DNA of 48,184 bases, from the NCBI GenBank assembly GCA_038214755.1, contig JBBQRQ010000032.1, forward strand, positions 1 through 48,184. The letters are read 5' to 3'. Shown piece after piece: positions 17,264 through 27,139 of the stretch (position 1 is the first letter of the stretch; the number at the start of each line of letters is the position of its first letter). The stretch comes from Verrucomicrobiota bacterium (GTDB lineage Bacteria > Verrucomicrobiota > Verrucomicrobiia > Limisphaerales > CANJXF01). The notes under the pieces are model-generated. The model saw only the letters and a program-made list of their open reading frames with translations, searched no databases and was not told where the DNA came from. Made by a program: the position numbers and the translations under genes.

Positions 17264-18634
17264 ATGTTTCAAAAACCAATTCCGCAACGGCCCCTTCCAT
17301 TTCTCCTCACACTATTGACGCTTTGCAGTTGTGTTCGATTCCATCCGCAACCGATTGATCCGGCGTTGAACGTGGCTCAGTTTGAAAATCGCTCGCTCGA
17401 AAATCCTGAGCTGAAAAAATTTCTCGAAGAAAATCTTAACCAGGAAATTTCGTCCTGGCCGCTGGAGTCATGGGACTTTCCACATTTGGTTTTGGCCGCA
17501 TTTTATTTTCATCCCGACCTGGATGTGGCGCGCGCGAAATGGGCGGTCGCAAAAGCGGGAAAAATTACCGCGGGCGAACGGCCCAACCCGACGGTGGGTT
17601 TCTCGCCGGCCTACAACACCAGCGTGCCGCCACCGTGGATCCTTGGTTTCAATTTCGACATTCCTCTCGAGACGGCGGGAAAGCGCGGCTACCGCATCGC
17701 GCAGGCCAAAAATTTATCGCAGGCGGCGCAATGGAACATCGCCACCGCAGCCTGGAACATCCGCAGTCGTCTTCGTAAAAATCTGCTGGCGTTGTCCGCG
17801 GCGACGGAACGTCAAGCCCTTCTTAAAATTCAGGAGACGATTCAAACCAACAACGTCCGGCTCCTCGAAGAACAACAAAAAGCCGGCGCCATTTCCCAGT
17901 TTGTTCTCACGCAGTCGCGCCTCGCTATGAACACGGCGCGGCTGGCCTTGCGCGATGTCGAGACGCAACTCGCGCTCGCGAAAGTGGACGTGGCCAGCGC
18001 CATCGGCCTTCCCCTGAGCGCGCTAAATAATGTGAAACTCTCTTTGGAAGGAATCACTTTTTTGCCAGCGGAAATTTCTTACGACGAAATTCGGCGCAAG
18101 GCTCTGCTCAATCGCGCCGACATTTTAAGCGCGTTGGCCGAATACGCCGCGCTCGAATCTTCGCTCCGTCTGGAAATAGCAAAACAATATCCAGACATTC
18201 ATCTCAGTCCCAATTACCAACTCGACCAAACCGACAACAAATGGGGCTTGGGAATTTCTGCGACGTTGCCGGTGTTCAATCATAACCGTGGCGCGATTGC
18301 CGAAGCGGCGGCCCGTCGTCAAGAAGCCGCCGCTCGATTCAATGCGCTCCAGGCCGCCGTGATTGGCGGGATCGACCGCGCCTTCGCCGGTTATCAGTCC
18401 ATCCGGGAAAAAAATTCGACGGCGGACCTTCTATGGCAAAACCAGTCGAAACTCGCTAATTCGTCGAAGGCGATGTTGGAGGCAGGCGAGATTTCAAAAC
18501 AGGAAAATGCCCTCGCGGAACTTGAACTCAACACCGCCAAACTGAATCGGCTGGCCGCCGCGATCGAAGCGCGAGACGCATTGGGCGCGCTGGAAGATGC
18601 GGTGCAACGTCCAATTAATTCCACTGGCGAATAG
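17264..18634 (+). CDS. TolC/CzcC-family outer-membrane efflux lipoprotein
   Basis: Lipoprotein-like LCSC. Duplicated OEP pattern (HPDLDVARA...PNPT; RADILSA...QYPDI...LPVFNHNRGAI). Confidence 0.88.
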   Translation: MFQKPIPQRPLPFLLTLLTLCSCVRFHPQPIDPALNVAQFENRSLENPELKKFLEENLNQEISSWPLESWDFPHLVLAAFYFHPDLDVARAKWAVAKAGKITAGERPNPTVGFSPAYNTSVPPPWILGFNFDIPLETAGKRGYRIAQAKNLSQAAQWNIATAAWNIRSRLRKNLLALSAATERQALLKIQETIQTNNVRLLEEQQKAGAISQFVLTQSRLAMNTARLALRDVETQLALAKVDVASAIGLPLSALNNVKLSLEGITFLPAEISYDEIRRKALLNRADILSALAEYAALESSLRLEIAKQYPDIHLSPNYQLDQTDNKWGLGISATLPVFNHNRGAIAEAAARRQEAAARFNALQAAVIGGIDRAFAGYQSIREKNSTADLLWQNQSKLANSSKAMLEAGEISKQENALAELELNTAKLNRLAAAIEARDALGALEDAVQRPINSTGE

Positions 18635-18649
18635 AGTTTCGTTTCGAAC

Positions 18650-18817
18650 TCCGAAAATCCGAATTCCCGAAATCCGAAAGAAGACCGAAATCCGAACGCT
18701 GAAAACTATTTCCGGCTGGTGTCTGAAAAGTGCTTTGCCACCAGTACAGTTCCGCAGCACTTTCGGCCTTCGGATTTCGAATTTCTTTCGGCCTTCGGAT
18801 TTCGGATTTCGGATTTC
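18650..18817. repeat. Inverted array of AAATCCG heptamers
   Basis: CCGAAATCCGAAAGAA left arm and TTTCGGATTTCGGATTTCGGATTTC right arm. Same family as 4493-4616. Confidence 0.85.
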
Positions 18818-18902
18818 GTTCTCACTGCTCCTATTGATTTGAACAACGCGCTGACCAACAATTCGACTCGCTTTCTTGTGGGCTTCATGTCAGAAAATAA
18901 TT

Positions 18903-20285
18903 ATGCAAAAAGAACTTCGATTCCTGGGGGCGGGTCTCGTCCTGGCAGCGTCTCTTTTCACCCTCCCGACAGCCGCGCCCGCCCAAACTTTTCAAGTGCT
19001 CCACTTTTTTCAGAACACCAACGGCGCAAGTCCTCGCGCCAGTCTGGTCGAAGGGAGCGATGGGAACTTCTACGGCACAACCTACGCCGGTGGGATCTAT
19101 GGCGCTCCGTTAGGTCTCGGAACCGTATTTCGAATGACCCCAAATGGTAGTGTCACCACGCTGGTCTCATTCGATCGCACCACCAATGGCTCGAATCCCT
19201 ACGCCGAACTAAGGCGAGGCAGCGACGGTAATTTTTATGGGACAACATTATTTGGCGGCGCCGACGGATATAATTTAGGGACGGTTTTTCAAATGACCAA
19301 TGGACTTTTGAACACGCTGGTTTCATTCCACGGCGAGACCAACGGCTCTAACCCAAACGCAGGATTGTTCCAGGCCAGCGACGGCAATTTCTACGGCACG
19401 ACCCGATACGGCGGGACGAACGACCCGGGGATTGGTTTTGGGACGGTGTTTCGAATAACGAACAAAGGGTTGCTCACTTCGCTGGTGCATTTCAATAACA
19501 CCAATGGCGCTTTCCCCAGGGCCACGCTCATCCAAGGAAGCAACGGAGATTTATTTGGCACCACGGACGGAGGCGGAACAAACTACGGATCGGTCTTTCG
19601 GCTGACCACCAATGGGGTGTTGAGCACGGTGTTTTCTTTCAGTGGAACTAATGTCAACAACGGCCGCAATCCACAAGCCGCCGTGTTGCAGACCAGCGAC
19701 GGTAATTTATACGGGACCACTTTCACCGGAGGGACGAGTAATTTGGGGACGATTTTTAAGTTAACGACCAACGGGGTGTTGACCACGCTCGTTTCATTTA
19801 ACGGAACCAACGGATCCAATCCTCGCGCCACACTCATCCAGGCCAGCGGCGGTAATTTGTATGGCACAGCCTCTACTGGCGGAGCGAATGGAGCGGGAAC
19901 AGTTTTTCAAGTTACAACCAACGGAGTGTTGACCACGCTTGTTTCATTCAATTTCACCAACGGCTCCACTCCTCTCGCGGGAGTCATCCAAGCCAGTGAT
20001 GGCAATCTTTATGGCACAACTGGCCTGGGCGGGACGAACGATTACGGAACGGTTTTTAGAATTCTCCTTTCGACTCCGCCCACTTTAAACGTGAGCGTAG
20101 TGACAAACCAAATCCGGCTGTCGTGGGCGACGAATGCAGTTGGGTTCACCTTGCAATCGACGACCAATCTCAATCCTATCGTGACCTGGATTGATTCCAC
20201 CAATGTCCCTGCCGTGAGCGGCGCGCAGTTTGTGGTGACGAACAATATCTCCGGCAGCGCCCGGTTTTATCGGTTAAAAAAATAA
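18903..20285 (+). CDS. Secreted GloVer (Gloeobacter/Verrucomicrobia) tandem-repeat protein
   Basis: Signal peptide (APAQ), seven repeats of L(I/V)QxSDGN(F/L)YGTT...GTVF, and a C-terminal domain ending RFYRLKK. Confidence 0.88.
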   Translation: MQKELRFLGAGLVLAASLFTLPTAAPAQTFQVLHFFQNTNGASPRASLVEGSDGNFYGTTYAGGIYGAPLGLGTVFRMTPNGSVTTLVSFDRTTNGSNPYAELRRGSDGNFYGTTLFGGADGYNLGTVFQMTNGLLNTLVSFHGETNGSNPNAGLFQASDGNFYGTTRYGGTNDPGIGFGTVFRITNKGLLTSLVHFNNTNGAFPRATLIQGSNGDLFGTTDGGGTNYGSVFRLTTNGVLSTVFSFSGTNVNNGRNPQAAVLQTSDGNLYGTTFTGGTSNLGTIFKLTTNGVLTTLVSFNGTNGSNPRATLIQASGGNLYGTASTGGANGAGTVFQVTTNGVLTTLVSFNFTNGSTPLAGVIQASDGNLYGTTGLGGTNDYGTVFRILLSTPPTLNVSVVTNQIRLSWATNAVGFTLQSTTNLNPIVTWIDSTNVPAVSGAQFVVTNNISGSARFYRLKK

Positions 20286-20398
20286 CCCTTTTGCCGCGCC
20301 TTTCTCCTTCGCGATTCCGACCTGCCACTTTTGAGTGTTTCTCAAAATAAATTTCCAAAAAGGTAGGCCACGATCTGCCGGTCCTCGCGCCCAATTAA

Positions 20399-20610
20399 AC
20401 CCGAACTCCGAAGGAGCCGGCGGCGATGGCAAAGGTAGAACAGGCCACTGGCCTGTGCCGAGCGGCGACTCGCCGCTCGGAACGGAAAAACCACGTGAAC
20501 TTTTCGGTGCGCTTGTTTCCAATCGCGACGTCCTTTCCATTCCGTCCGGCCAGCGGCCGGACGGTACGGGCGAGTCGCCCGTGCTACCATTCCAACTTCG
20601 GAGTTTGGGT
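20399..20610. mobile_element. MITE (212 bp) with 15-bp TIR, flanked by TAA
   Basis: ACCC(G/A)AACTCCGAAG at 20399-20413 and inverted at 20596-20610. TAA at 20396-20398 and 20611-20613. Internal GGTAG...CTACC double-hairpin pair. Confidence 0.8.
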
Positions 20611-20716
20611 TAAATATTTGGAGCAAAAAGGTTTTTCCCAAAAAGCGTTCAAATCTCTCGACTGCCTGGACTAACTCAGCCTCAATTTGGGAGCTGGCTC
20701 AATCAAACCCATTTCA

Positions 20717-22165
20717 ATGAAAATCATTTTATCGACCGTCGCGTTTTTTCTAATTTTAAATTGTTCCAAGGGCGCTTCAACCAATCCGGCTCCATCGCTC
20801 GCCACCAATTCATTGTTTCGCAAAGTCATTCTCGACGCCGATCAAGAAGTCAGCGGCCAGCTCGAAGACACGCTCAAAGATCCAATGGAATTAGCGCTCG
20901 CCGCCGATGGCCAGGTCTTCTACGTCGAGCGCGCTGGCCTCGTCAAAATGTGGAACCCGAAAAACAAAAGCGTGACGACGATTGGCAAAGTGGAAGTTTT
21001 CACCGGACTGGAAGACGGCTTGCTCGGTATGACCCTTGATCCCAATTTTTTAAAGAACGGTTGGATTTATCTTTATCATTCCTTGCCGGAAACCGGGGTT
21101 GACGCGAGTGGCCAAAAAGCGGGAACCAATCGGCTCTCTCGTTTCACGGTGAAAAATGATTCGCTGGATTTGTCCTCGGAAAAAACTTTGGTCGAGGTAA
21201 AAACGCAGCGCGAGCAATGCTGCCATGCGGGCGGCTCCGTTTCTTTCGATGCCAAAGGAAATCTCTATGTCTCGGCGGGCGACAACACCAACCCATTTGC
21301 ATCGGATGGTTACTCGCCGATTGACGAGACGCCGGGACGCAGCCCGTGGGACGCGCAAAAGTCCTCGGCCAACGCGAACGATTTGCGCGGAAAAATTCTT
21401 CGCATTCACCCCGAAAAAAACGGGAGCTACACCATTCCAAAAGGAAATCTATTCAAGCCGGGCACCGCGAAAACCCGTCCTGAAATTTATGTGATGGGCA
21501 ATCGCAATCCGTTCCGCATTTCGTTGGATCGAAAAAATGGATTTCTTTATTGGGGTGAAGTTGGGCCTGATGCGGGCGTGCCTAATGAGAATCGCGGCCC
21601 CGCGGGATTCGATGAAGTCAACCAGGCGCGCGCCGCGGGAAATTTTGGCTGGCCTTATTTCGTCGCCGACAACAAAGCCTATTGGCACTGGGATTTTGCG
21701 GCGAAGACAAACACGTTCAAATACGATCCGGCCAAACCGATCAACACCTCGCCGAACAACACGGGAATTCAGGAACTGCCACCTGCCCAACCCGCGTTTA
21801 TTTTCTATCCCTCCGGCCCGTCCACCCGATTTCCCGTCGTGAAAAGTGGTGGACGCACGGCAATGGCCGGGCCGGTTTATTATTTTTCAAAAAAATTAAA
21901 GTCGCCGCACGGACTGCCGCGATCATTCGATCACACTCTGTTCATTTACGAATGGTCGCGCAATTGGATTATTGCCGTGCATCTGGACCAGAATGAAAAA
22001 ATCGAAAAGATGGAGCCGTTTTGTGCGGACATGGAGTTCAAGCGCCCGATGGACATGGAACTCGGGCCGGATGGTTGCCTCTATTTGATCGAGTGGGGAA
22101 CGGCTTGGGGAAATAACAAAGATACGAAAATCATCCGGCTGGAATACATCGGCGACGACAAATAA
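20717..22165 (+). CDS. PQQ-dependent sugar dehydrogenase family (GSDH) secreted protein
   Basis: Signal peptide, EDGLLG, CCHAGG, LRGKILRI, MGNRNPFR, GNFGWP and GPDGCLY. Confidence 0.88.
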   Translation: MKIILSTVAFFLILNCSKGASTNPAPSLATNSLFRKVILDADQEVSGQLEDTLKDPMELALAADGQVFYVERAGLVKMWNPKNKSVTTIGKVEVFTGLEDGLLGMTLDPNFLKNGWIYLYHSLPETGVDASGQKAGTNRLSRFTVKNDSLDLSSEKTLVEVKTQREQCCHAGGSVSFDAKGNLYVSAGDNTNPFASDGYSPIDETPGRSPWDAQKSSANANDLRGKILRIHPEKNGSYTIPKGNLFKPGTAKTRPEIYVMGNRNPFRISLDRKNGFLYWGEVGPDAGVPNENRGPAGFDEVNQARAAGNFGWPYFVADNKAYWHWDFAAKTNTFKYDPAKPINTSPNNTGIQELPPAQPAFIFYPSGPSTRFPVVKSGGRTAMAGPVYYFSKKLKSPHGLPRSFDHTLFIYEWSRNWIIAVHLDQNEKIEKMEPFCADMEFKRPMDMELGPDGCLYLIEWGTAWGNNKDTKIIRLEYIGDDK

Positions 22166-22228
22166 TTTTCAGCGCAGCAGAATTAAAAGGTTCTTCGATG
22201 GCCTTGTGAGTAGGGTGGCGGGGCTTTT

Positions 22229-22349
22229 TACCGCAAAGGACGCAGAGGTTTTCGCAAAGGACGCAGAGTGAGACTTGGTGCTGAGATCTTTTTCTTTGAC
22301 GACTTCCCTTTGCGACCTCTGCGTGAACCTTCGCGCCCTCTGCGTTTAA
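22229..22349. repeat. Inverted CGCAAAGGACGCAGAG repeat pair between convergent genes
   Basis: Two tandem CGCAAAGGACGCAGAG units and two complementary CTTTGCG...CTCTGCG units. Confidence 0.75.
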
Positions 22350-22370
22350 TCCGGGAGCCCGGTCCGAATT

Positions 22371-23186
22371 CTATAAAATTCCATGACCCACAAGAAACGT
22401 CCACGACCCAATTAAAATCACAACGCCCACCGCAATTCGATACCAGCCGAAACCGATGAAGGTGTGGTTTTGCACAAAACGGAGCAGCCATTTTACCGCG
22501 ATAAACGAAACGACGGCGGCGACGATGGTTGCGAGCAAAACCATCCTCCAATTTTCTGTGGGAGCATCGGCGGAATGGTGATGGAGCGCCTTGAAAATTT
22601 TTAAACCGCCCGCCGCCAGCATCGTTGGAATTCCGACCAGAAAAGAAAATTCGGTGGCGAGCGGGCGATTTAAACCGAGAATCAGCGCGATCAAAATGGT
22701 CGCGCCCGACCGCGATGTTCCTGGAAAAATAGCCGCAACCAATTGCGCGAAACCAACTGCGATGGCGATTTGCCAGGTGATTTGATTGCGAACGGTTTTC
22801 CCCTTCAGCCAATACTCGACCAATAAAAATAAAATCCCGCCAATCAGAAGTGCCAAGGCCACCAGCAATGCTTTCTCAGGAAGTTTAAAATGTTTGTGTT
22901 CCAAAATAAATCCGCCGATCCCCGTGATGACAAAGGCACAAATAATCTTGAGCAAGTAGTCGCGCGTCGCCGCCTCACGCCAGCGAAACATAAATTGATG
23001 GAAACGCGCGTGAAAAAGAGGAATGACCGCGAGCACCGCGCCGCTTTGGATAACGACGTTAAATAAATCCGTCTGTCGCGGCAGCCAGAGTTCCGCGAGC
23101 AGAAGATGACCCGTGGAGGAGACTGGAATAAATTCCGTTATCCCTTCGATGATTCCCAACAGAATTGCGACGAGCCATTCAGACAT
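22371..23186 (-). CDS. uppP: Undecaprenyl-diphosphate phosphatase
   Basis: GIIEGITEFIPVSSTGH, PGTSRSGATI, EFSFLVGIP and FGWYR. Confidence 0.96.
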   Translation of the reverse strand: MSEWLVAILLGIIEGITEFIPVSSTGHLLLAELWLPRQTDLFNVVIQSGAVLAVIPLFHARFHQFMFRWREAATRDYLLKIICAFVITGIGGFILEHKHFKLPEKALLVALALLIGGILFLLVEYWLKGKTVRNQITWQIAIAVGFAQLVAAIFPGTSRSGATILIALILGLNRPLATEFSFLVGIPTMLAAGGLKIFKALHHHSADAPTENWRMVLLATIVAAVVSFIAVKWLLRFVQNHTFIGFGWYRIAVGVVILIGSWTFLVGHGIL

Positions 23187-23335
23187 GCGTGGTAGAAACG
23201 ATAAACGAGCGAGAATGACAAGGACGTTTCGCCAACCGAGAGATCGGACTCAAATCACCATTGGTCAGGGTTGCGGAAAAGGAGTTCATCACCCCTCCAT
23301 CTTCTCTGGGAAAATTCAGGTTCCGAAAGAAGTCG

Positions 23336-24112
23336 TCACGGTTTAAGTCCGGCGCTGTCCCAACGGGTAGTGATGGAAGATGGGAGATCGACTTTATCCT
23401 GGTAGAAATAGCACTTTCGATCCGCACTCCAACTGTGAAGAAATCTTAACTGATCTCCTTTGATCCACCTGGAGGAACCGTCGGCATAAACGTGATTGGC
23501 ACCCGCGGGCAATGGTGAACTGCCAGTGCGGTGCGCCGGAGACCCCTTGAATATTGCCGCGTCCCGTGTATCCGTAAATGTCCCCCAAGGGTCGTTTCCC
23601 GCTCGCAAGATCAAATCAGCGGCCAGGGCCCAATGCGATTTTGCAAGAGAAAGTTTGATGGGGCTGAAGCCGCGGCCGGTGTAGGCAGGACCTGTCCAAT
23701 TCGTAATCCCGCCGAAATATTGGTAGCCTATAACCCACTGCGGGTAGCTCGGTTCATAGTAAGGAAACGTCGGGGGGCGCGAAGGGCAGTTCCAGATTGC
23801 CATCGTATTGGTGATTTCCACAGTCAGACCAACAGACTTGCCTACAGCAGCGTCCACATCCAACGCGACCTGAACACTGTTGCCGCGCGCGCGAATTACG
23901 TAATCTTTATTGTCTGCTGCATAGATAAACATCCCTATTCCGATTTGTTTCAGGTTATTTAGACAGGCGATCCGCTTGCTCTTTTCCTTCGCCTTGGCAA
24001 GAGCCGGCAAGAGTAAACCGGCGAGGATCGCGATGATGGCGATTACGACCAGCAACTCGATGAGCGTGAAAGCTACTCTCCCCCAATTTTGATTGCTCCT
24101 GGAATTTTTCAT
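23336..24112 (-). CDS. Prepilin-type N-terminal cleavage/methylation protein (DUF1559/H-X9-DG-like)
   Basis: [37 protein letters not shown] and H...GANHVYADG. Confidence 0.9.
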   Translation of the reverse strand: MKNSRSNQNWGRVAFTLIELLVVIAIIAILAGLLLPALAKAKEKSKRIACLNNLKQIGIGMFIYAADNKDYVIRARGNSVQVALDVDAAVGKSVGLTVEITNTMAIWNCPSRPPTFPYYEPSYPQWVIGYQYFGGITNWTGPAYTGRGFSPIKLSLAKSHWALAADLILRAGNDPWGTFTDTRDAAIFKGSPAHRTGSSPLPAGANHVYADGSSRWIKGDQLRFLHSWSADRKCYFYQDKVDLPSSITTRWDSAGLKP

Positions 24113-24125
24113 AGGCCACAATTTT

Positions 24126-26996
24126 TTACGGCGCCCGATTGATGCGATAAAATTGCATTCCGTTTGCCGGTTGCGGGAATTCCAAGCGCAATGCGGTCGG
24201 GCTTAAAATCGTGGTGGTCACGCCCGAAACTGTGCTCCAGGAAATGGTGGAGAGGTTGTCGGTTTTTTCCACGGTGTGCTGCTTGGAAGAGTCGGATGTC
24301 TGGACGGTCAGGCGGATGGTTCCTCCGACAATTTCAATGTTGCTGATGACCGGCGGCGGGATGAAAATTTTCAGCGCATTCAAGAAAACGGAGACGCCCG
24401 TTCCGGTCGCTTCCCGTCGTCCTTGAAACAGAATTGTTCCCGCAGCATCGCTCGTCACATTGAAACTGAATTGATACTGCAAGTTGTTGGTCGGCGGAAT
24501 CGAGCCGTCAAAAGTGTAGTTATCTTTCACCAAAATCCCGTTGGCATACCAATCGGAGATGCGAGCACCGGCGTTGATCACATCGAATGACCAGATCGTC
24601 GCGGTATACAGTTGGTTGGTGGCGAGAAATCTCACTCTGACATCCAGTCCCTCCGTGCCCGTCGTCGGCGGCGAGAAAATGAAATCCTGCAACAGTTTCA
24701 TTTCCGTGAACTCATTTGTGTTAGGGGGCGAGACGCGATTTCGCGAGTCCACCGTTGTGCCGTTCGAACCATTGACGGTGACTTCTACTCCGCCGAAGAG
24801 CCGAGTGGTTTGCACCGGGGTCGCGCCTGTGCCATCCAAAGTAAAGGATTCGAAACCCGCTTCGACATCACCCGCACTGCTGCCTCGATCATTGAAATCA
24901 ATTCCAAGAGACGAGGGCGCCGCAGGACGGGCTGTGACCGTCAACACGGCAGGCTGACTATTTGTTCGGCCACCCGCATTGGTGATGACAAGACTATAAC
25001 TCCCGGCATCGGTCAGTTGAACATTGGTCAAAGTCAGGCTGAAGTTAGTAGCATTGAGAACAGGAGAGGAGCCTTTGAACCATTGATTGGTAAAAGGAGC
25101 CGTGCCCGCCACTCCCACGGTGAAGGTCAGATCCGCTCCCGTAAACACATTTGTGCCCACCGGCTGCGTGGTGATGGATGGAGGAGTAGCCGATACGGGA
25201 GGAGGGACCGACGTATTCTTAACCTGTTGGACTTCTGTATAAGTGAGGGGCCGATTCCACGTCGCCACTTCATCGATACTCCCAAAGATGCCATTGCTGA
25301 CGTTTGTTCCGCGCGCGATTGCGCCGACCGACGTGGTGTTAAGAGTCAATGGAAGCAAGGGGGTAGGATTATAAGTAAAGTCTGTTTCATCCAACGCGCC
25401 ATCAACGTAGAGTTTTCCTTGTCCATTCTTATCCACCCAAACGAGGTGATGCCATGTGGTGCCTCCAGCCTCAAAGACCGTCCGGGTGGAAAGGCGATCC
25501 AGCAAAATCGAACCGGCATCGGAGCGAATAAAAACTCTTGCCTGACCCAACGGGCTGACGGGATTCGCCGTGCCGATGGTGAACAACGGGTTGGCGTTGA
25601 AGGTGCCGTTGACATTCGTAAAACCTTCCGCGAAAACACGGGCATCACTTTGAAACGTTCCATCGGCCTTCACCCACAGGGAAACGGTATATCCCGTGTT
25701 TGTATTATAAATGCTCATTCCCCCCGTTCGGAAAGCAGCATTGGTCTCCAGATTGTTAAAGGAGAGAGCGTTACTAAATTGACCTACTACGACGTTTGTC
25801 TCGGTCATGTTAGTTAAGCGCAAGTCGTTCCGGCTATAGAGATCAATGGTGGTGTAGATGCCGCCGTTGTTGGTCACCGAGTCGAAAGGCCAATACGAGA
25901 CTACTCCAGTCGGCACCGACGGAGGCGCTTCAGGCAACACGGTGAGAACGGCGTCAGAACTAATCTCGCCGCCAATCAGATTCGATACCGCAACACTGAA
26001 AAGTTTGCCGGAATCATTGGTCGTCAGGCTAAAGATCCGATAGGTCCGATTGGTCGCGTCGAGAATAGGAACACCGTTGCTCCTCCATTGGTAAGTTAAA
26101 ACATTGTTCGGACGCAGAGCGCCGGCAGCCGCCACCGAAAAGGTCGCGGCATCCTGAAAACTCTTCGTCACGCTGGCTGGTTGAATAATGACGGCCGCAG
26201 GCAGAGTCGGCGGAACCGGCGTCGTGATTCCATTCGTCATGATATTTTGCACTTCGCTTTGCGTGAGGGGACGTTCCCAAAGGGAGAGATCATCAATTGC
26301 GCCGTTGAAAATATTGTTGGTGGCAACGTTGGTTCGGATCAACGTCCCAACTGAGGTGCGGTCAAAAGTGAATGTTCCGGCGGGAGTGTAGTTAAAAAGC
26401 GGCGAATTGCCGTCGAGATTACCGTCCACATAAAGTTTGACGTCCCCGAAATTATCCACGAACGCGACGTGATGCCAGTTATTATCGAAAACCACATTGC
26501 TGGAAACCGCGTGATTGATCAAAGAGGCGCCGGTATCGGGCCGGATGATGACATCAAATTTAGCATTGTTGGCGGCGGCATTTCCGGTTTGCAGGACGAA
26601 GAGCGGAGCTTGGTTGGCGCTGTTGCCATGGGTAAAAAGATAGCGGAGAGTCTGCGCTGCGCCTTTGACCCACATCGTCACGGAATAACTTCCCGCCTTA
26701 TAGAGCGGCTGCCCGTTGATTGAGTTATCGGGCGAATGATCGAATTCCAAATATTGTGGGTTGGTAAAACGCGGGCCGGTCAGTCCGAGCACACTGGCGC
26801 GCGGTGCGGGATTGGTCGTAATCAACGCCGGTGCGTTTATGGCCATGAAATTATTCGTGTAGGCCGTGTCATTGGTCGTGGTGGTGTTGAACGGGTAATA
26901 CGATAGTATTCCGGTACGGATATCATAGGCGTGGACTTGACTGGCGATTCCGCAGAACAAGAACAGACTGAGAATTTTTTTCACGATTTTTTTCAT
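24126..26996 (-). CDS. Large secreted protein with two LamG-like and two Ig-like domains
   Basis: Signal peptide MKKIVKK...VHA. Two LamG units (WHHVAFV...LYVDG...GAIDDL; WHHLVWV...LYVDG...GSIDEV). Ig units (QPAS...YQW; QPVG...NQW...DAGSY). C-terminal FYRI. Confidence 0.85.
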   Translation of the reverse strand: MKKIVKKILSLFLFCGIASQVHAYDIRTGILSYYPFNTTTTNDTAYTNNFMAINAPALITTNPAPRASVLGLTGPRFTNPQYLEFDHSPDNSINGQPLYKAGSYSVTMWVKGAAQTLRYLFTHGNSANQAPLFVLQTGNAAANNAKFDVIIRPDTGASLINHAVSSNVVFDNNWHHVAFVDNFGDVKLYVDGNLDGNSPLFNYTPAGTFTFDRTSVGTLIRTNVATNNIFNGAIDDLSLWERPLTQSEVQNIMTNGITTPVPPTLPAAVIIQPASVTKSFQDAATFSVAAAGALRPNNVLTYQWRSNGVPILDATNRTYRIFSLTTNDSGKLFSVAVSNLIGGEISSDAVLTVLPEAPPSVPTGVVSYWPFDSVTNNGGIYTTIDLYSRNDLRLTNMTETNVVVGQFSNALSFNNLETNAAFRTGGMSIYNTNTGYTVSLWVKADGTFQSDARVFAEGFTNVNGTFNANPLFTIGTANPVSPLGQARVFIRSDAGSILLDRLSTRTVFEAGGTTWHHLVWVDKNGQGKLYVDGALDETDFTYNPTPLLPLTLNTTSVGAIARGTNVSNGIFGSIDEVATWNRPLTYTEVQQVKNTSVPPPVSATPPSITTQPVGTNVFTGADLTFTVGVAGTAPFTNQWFKGSSPVLNATNFSLTLTNVQLTDAGSYSLVITNAGGRTNSQPAVLTVTARPAAPSSLGIDFNDRGSSAGDVEAGFESFTLDGTGATPVQTTRLFGGVEVTVNGSNGTTVDSRNRVSPPNTNEFTEMKLLQDFIFSPPTTGTEGLDVRVRFLATNQLYTATIWSFDVINAGARISDWYANGILVKDNYTFDGSIPPTNNLQYQFSFNVTSDAAGTILFQGRREATGTGVSVFLNALKIFIPPPVISNIEIVGGTIRLTVQTSDSSKQHTVEKTDNLSTISWSTVSGVTTTILSPTALRLEFPQPANGMQFYRINRAP

Positions 26997-27139
26997 AAGA
27001 ACTTGAGGGGAAGATAAAACGGCGACGTAAGGAGGATTTTTCATTGGATGATTGGACATTAAGTTCACAAAATTCTGTCCGAATGCAAGTTACTTCTTTA
27101 TTTTTTTTGATACTTCTGCGTGGCGAGGGTGGGCGTGTC

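Noticed and set aside
22189..22360. MITE related to 33668-33965 (starts GGTTCTTCGA)
   Set aside because: The putative right end matches poorly and the flanks are not duplicated.
24612..25817. Long antisense ORFs (also 5024-6178, 6649-7578, 12270-13154, 35620-36357)
   Set aside because: Shadow frames opposite well-supported genes, with no motifs of their own.
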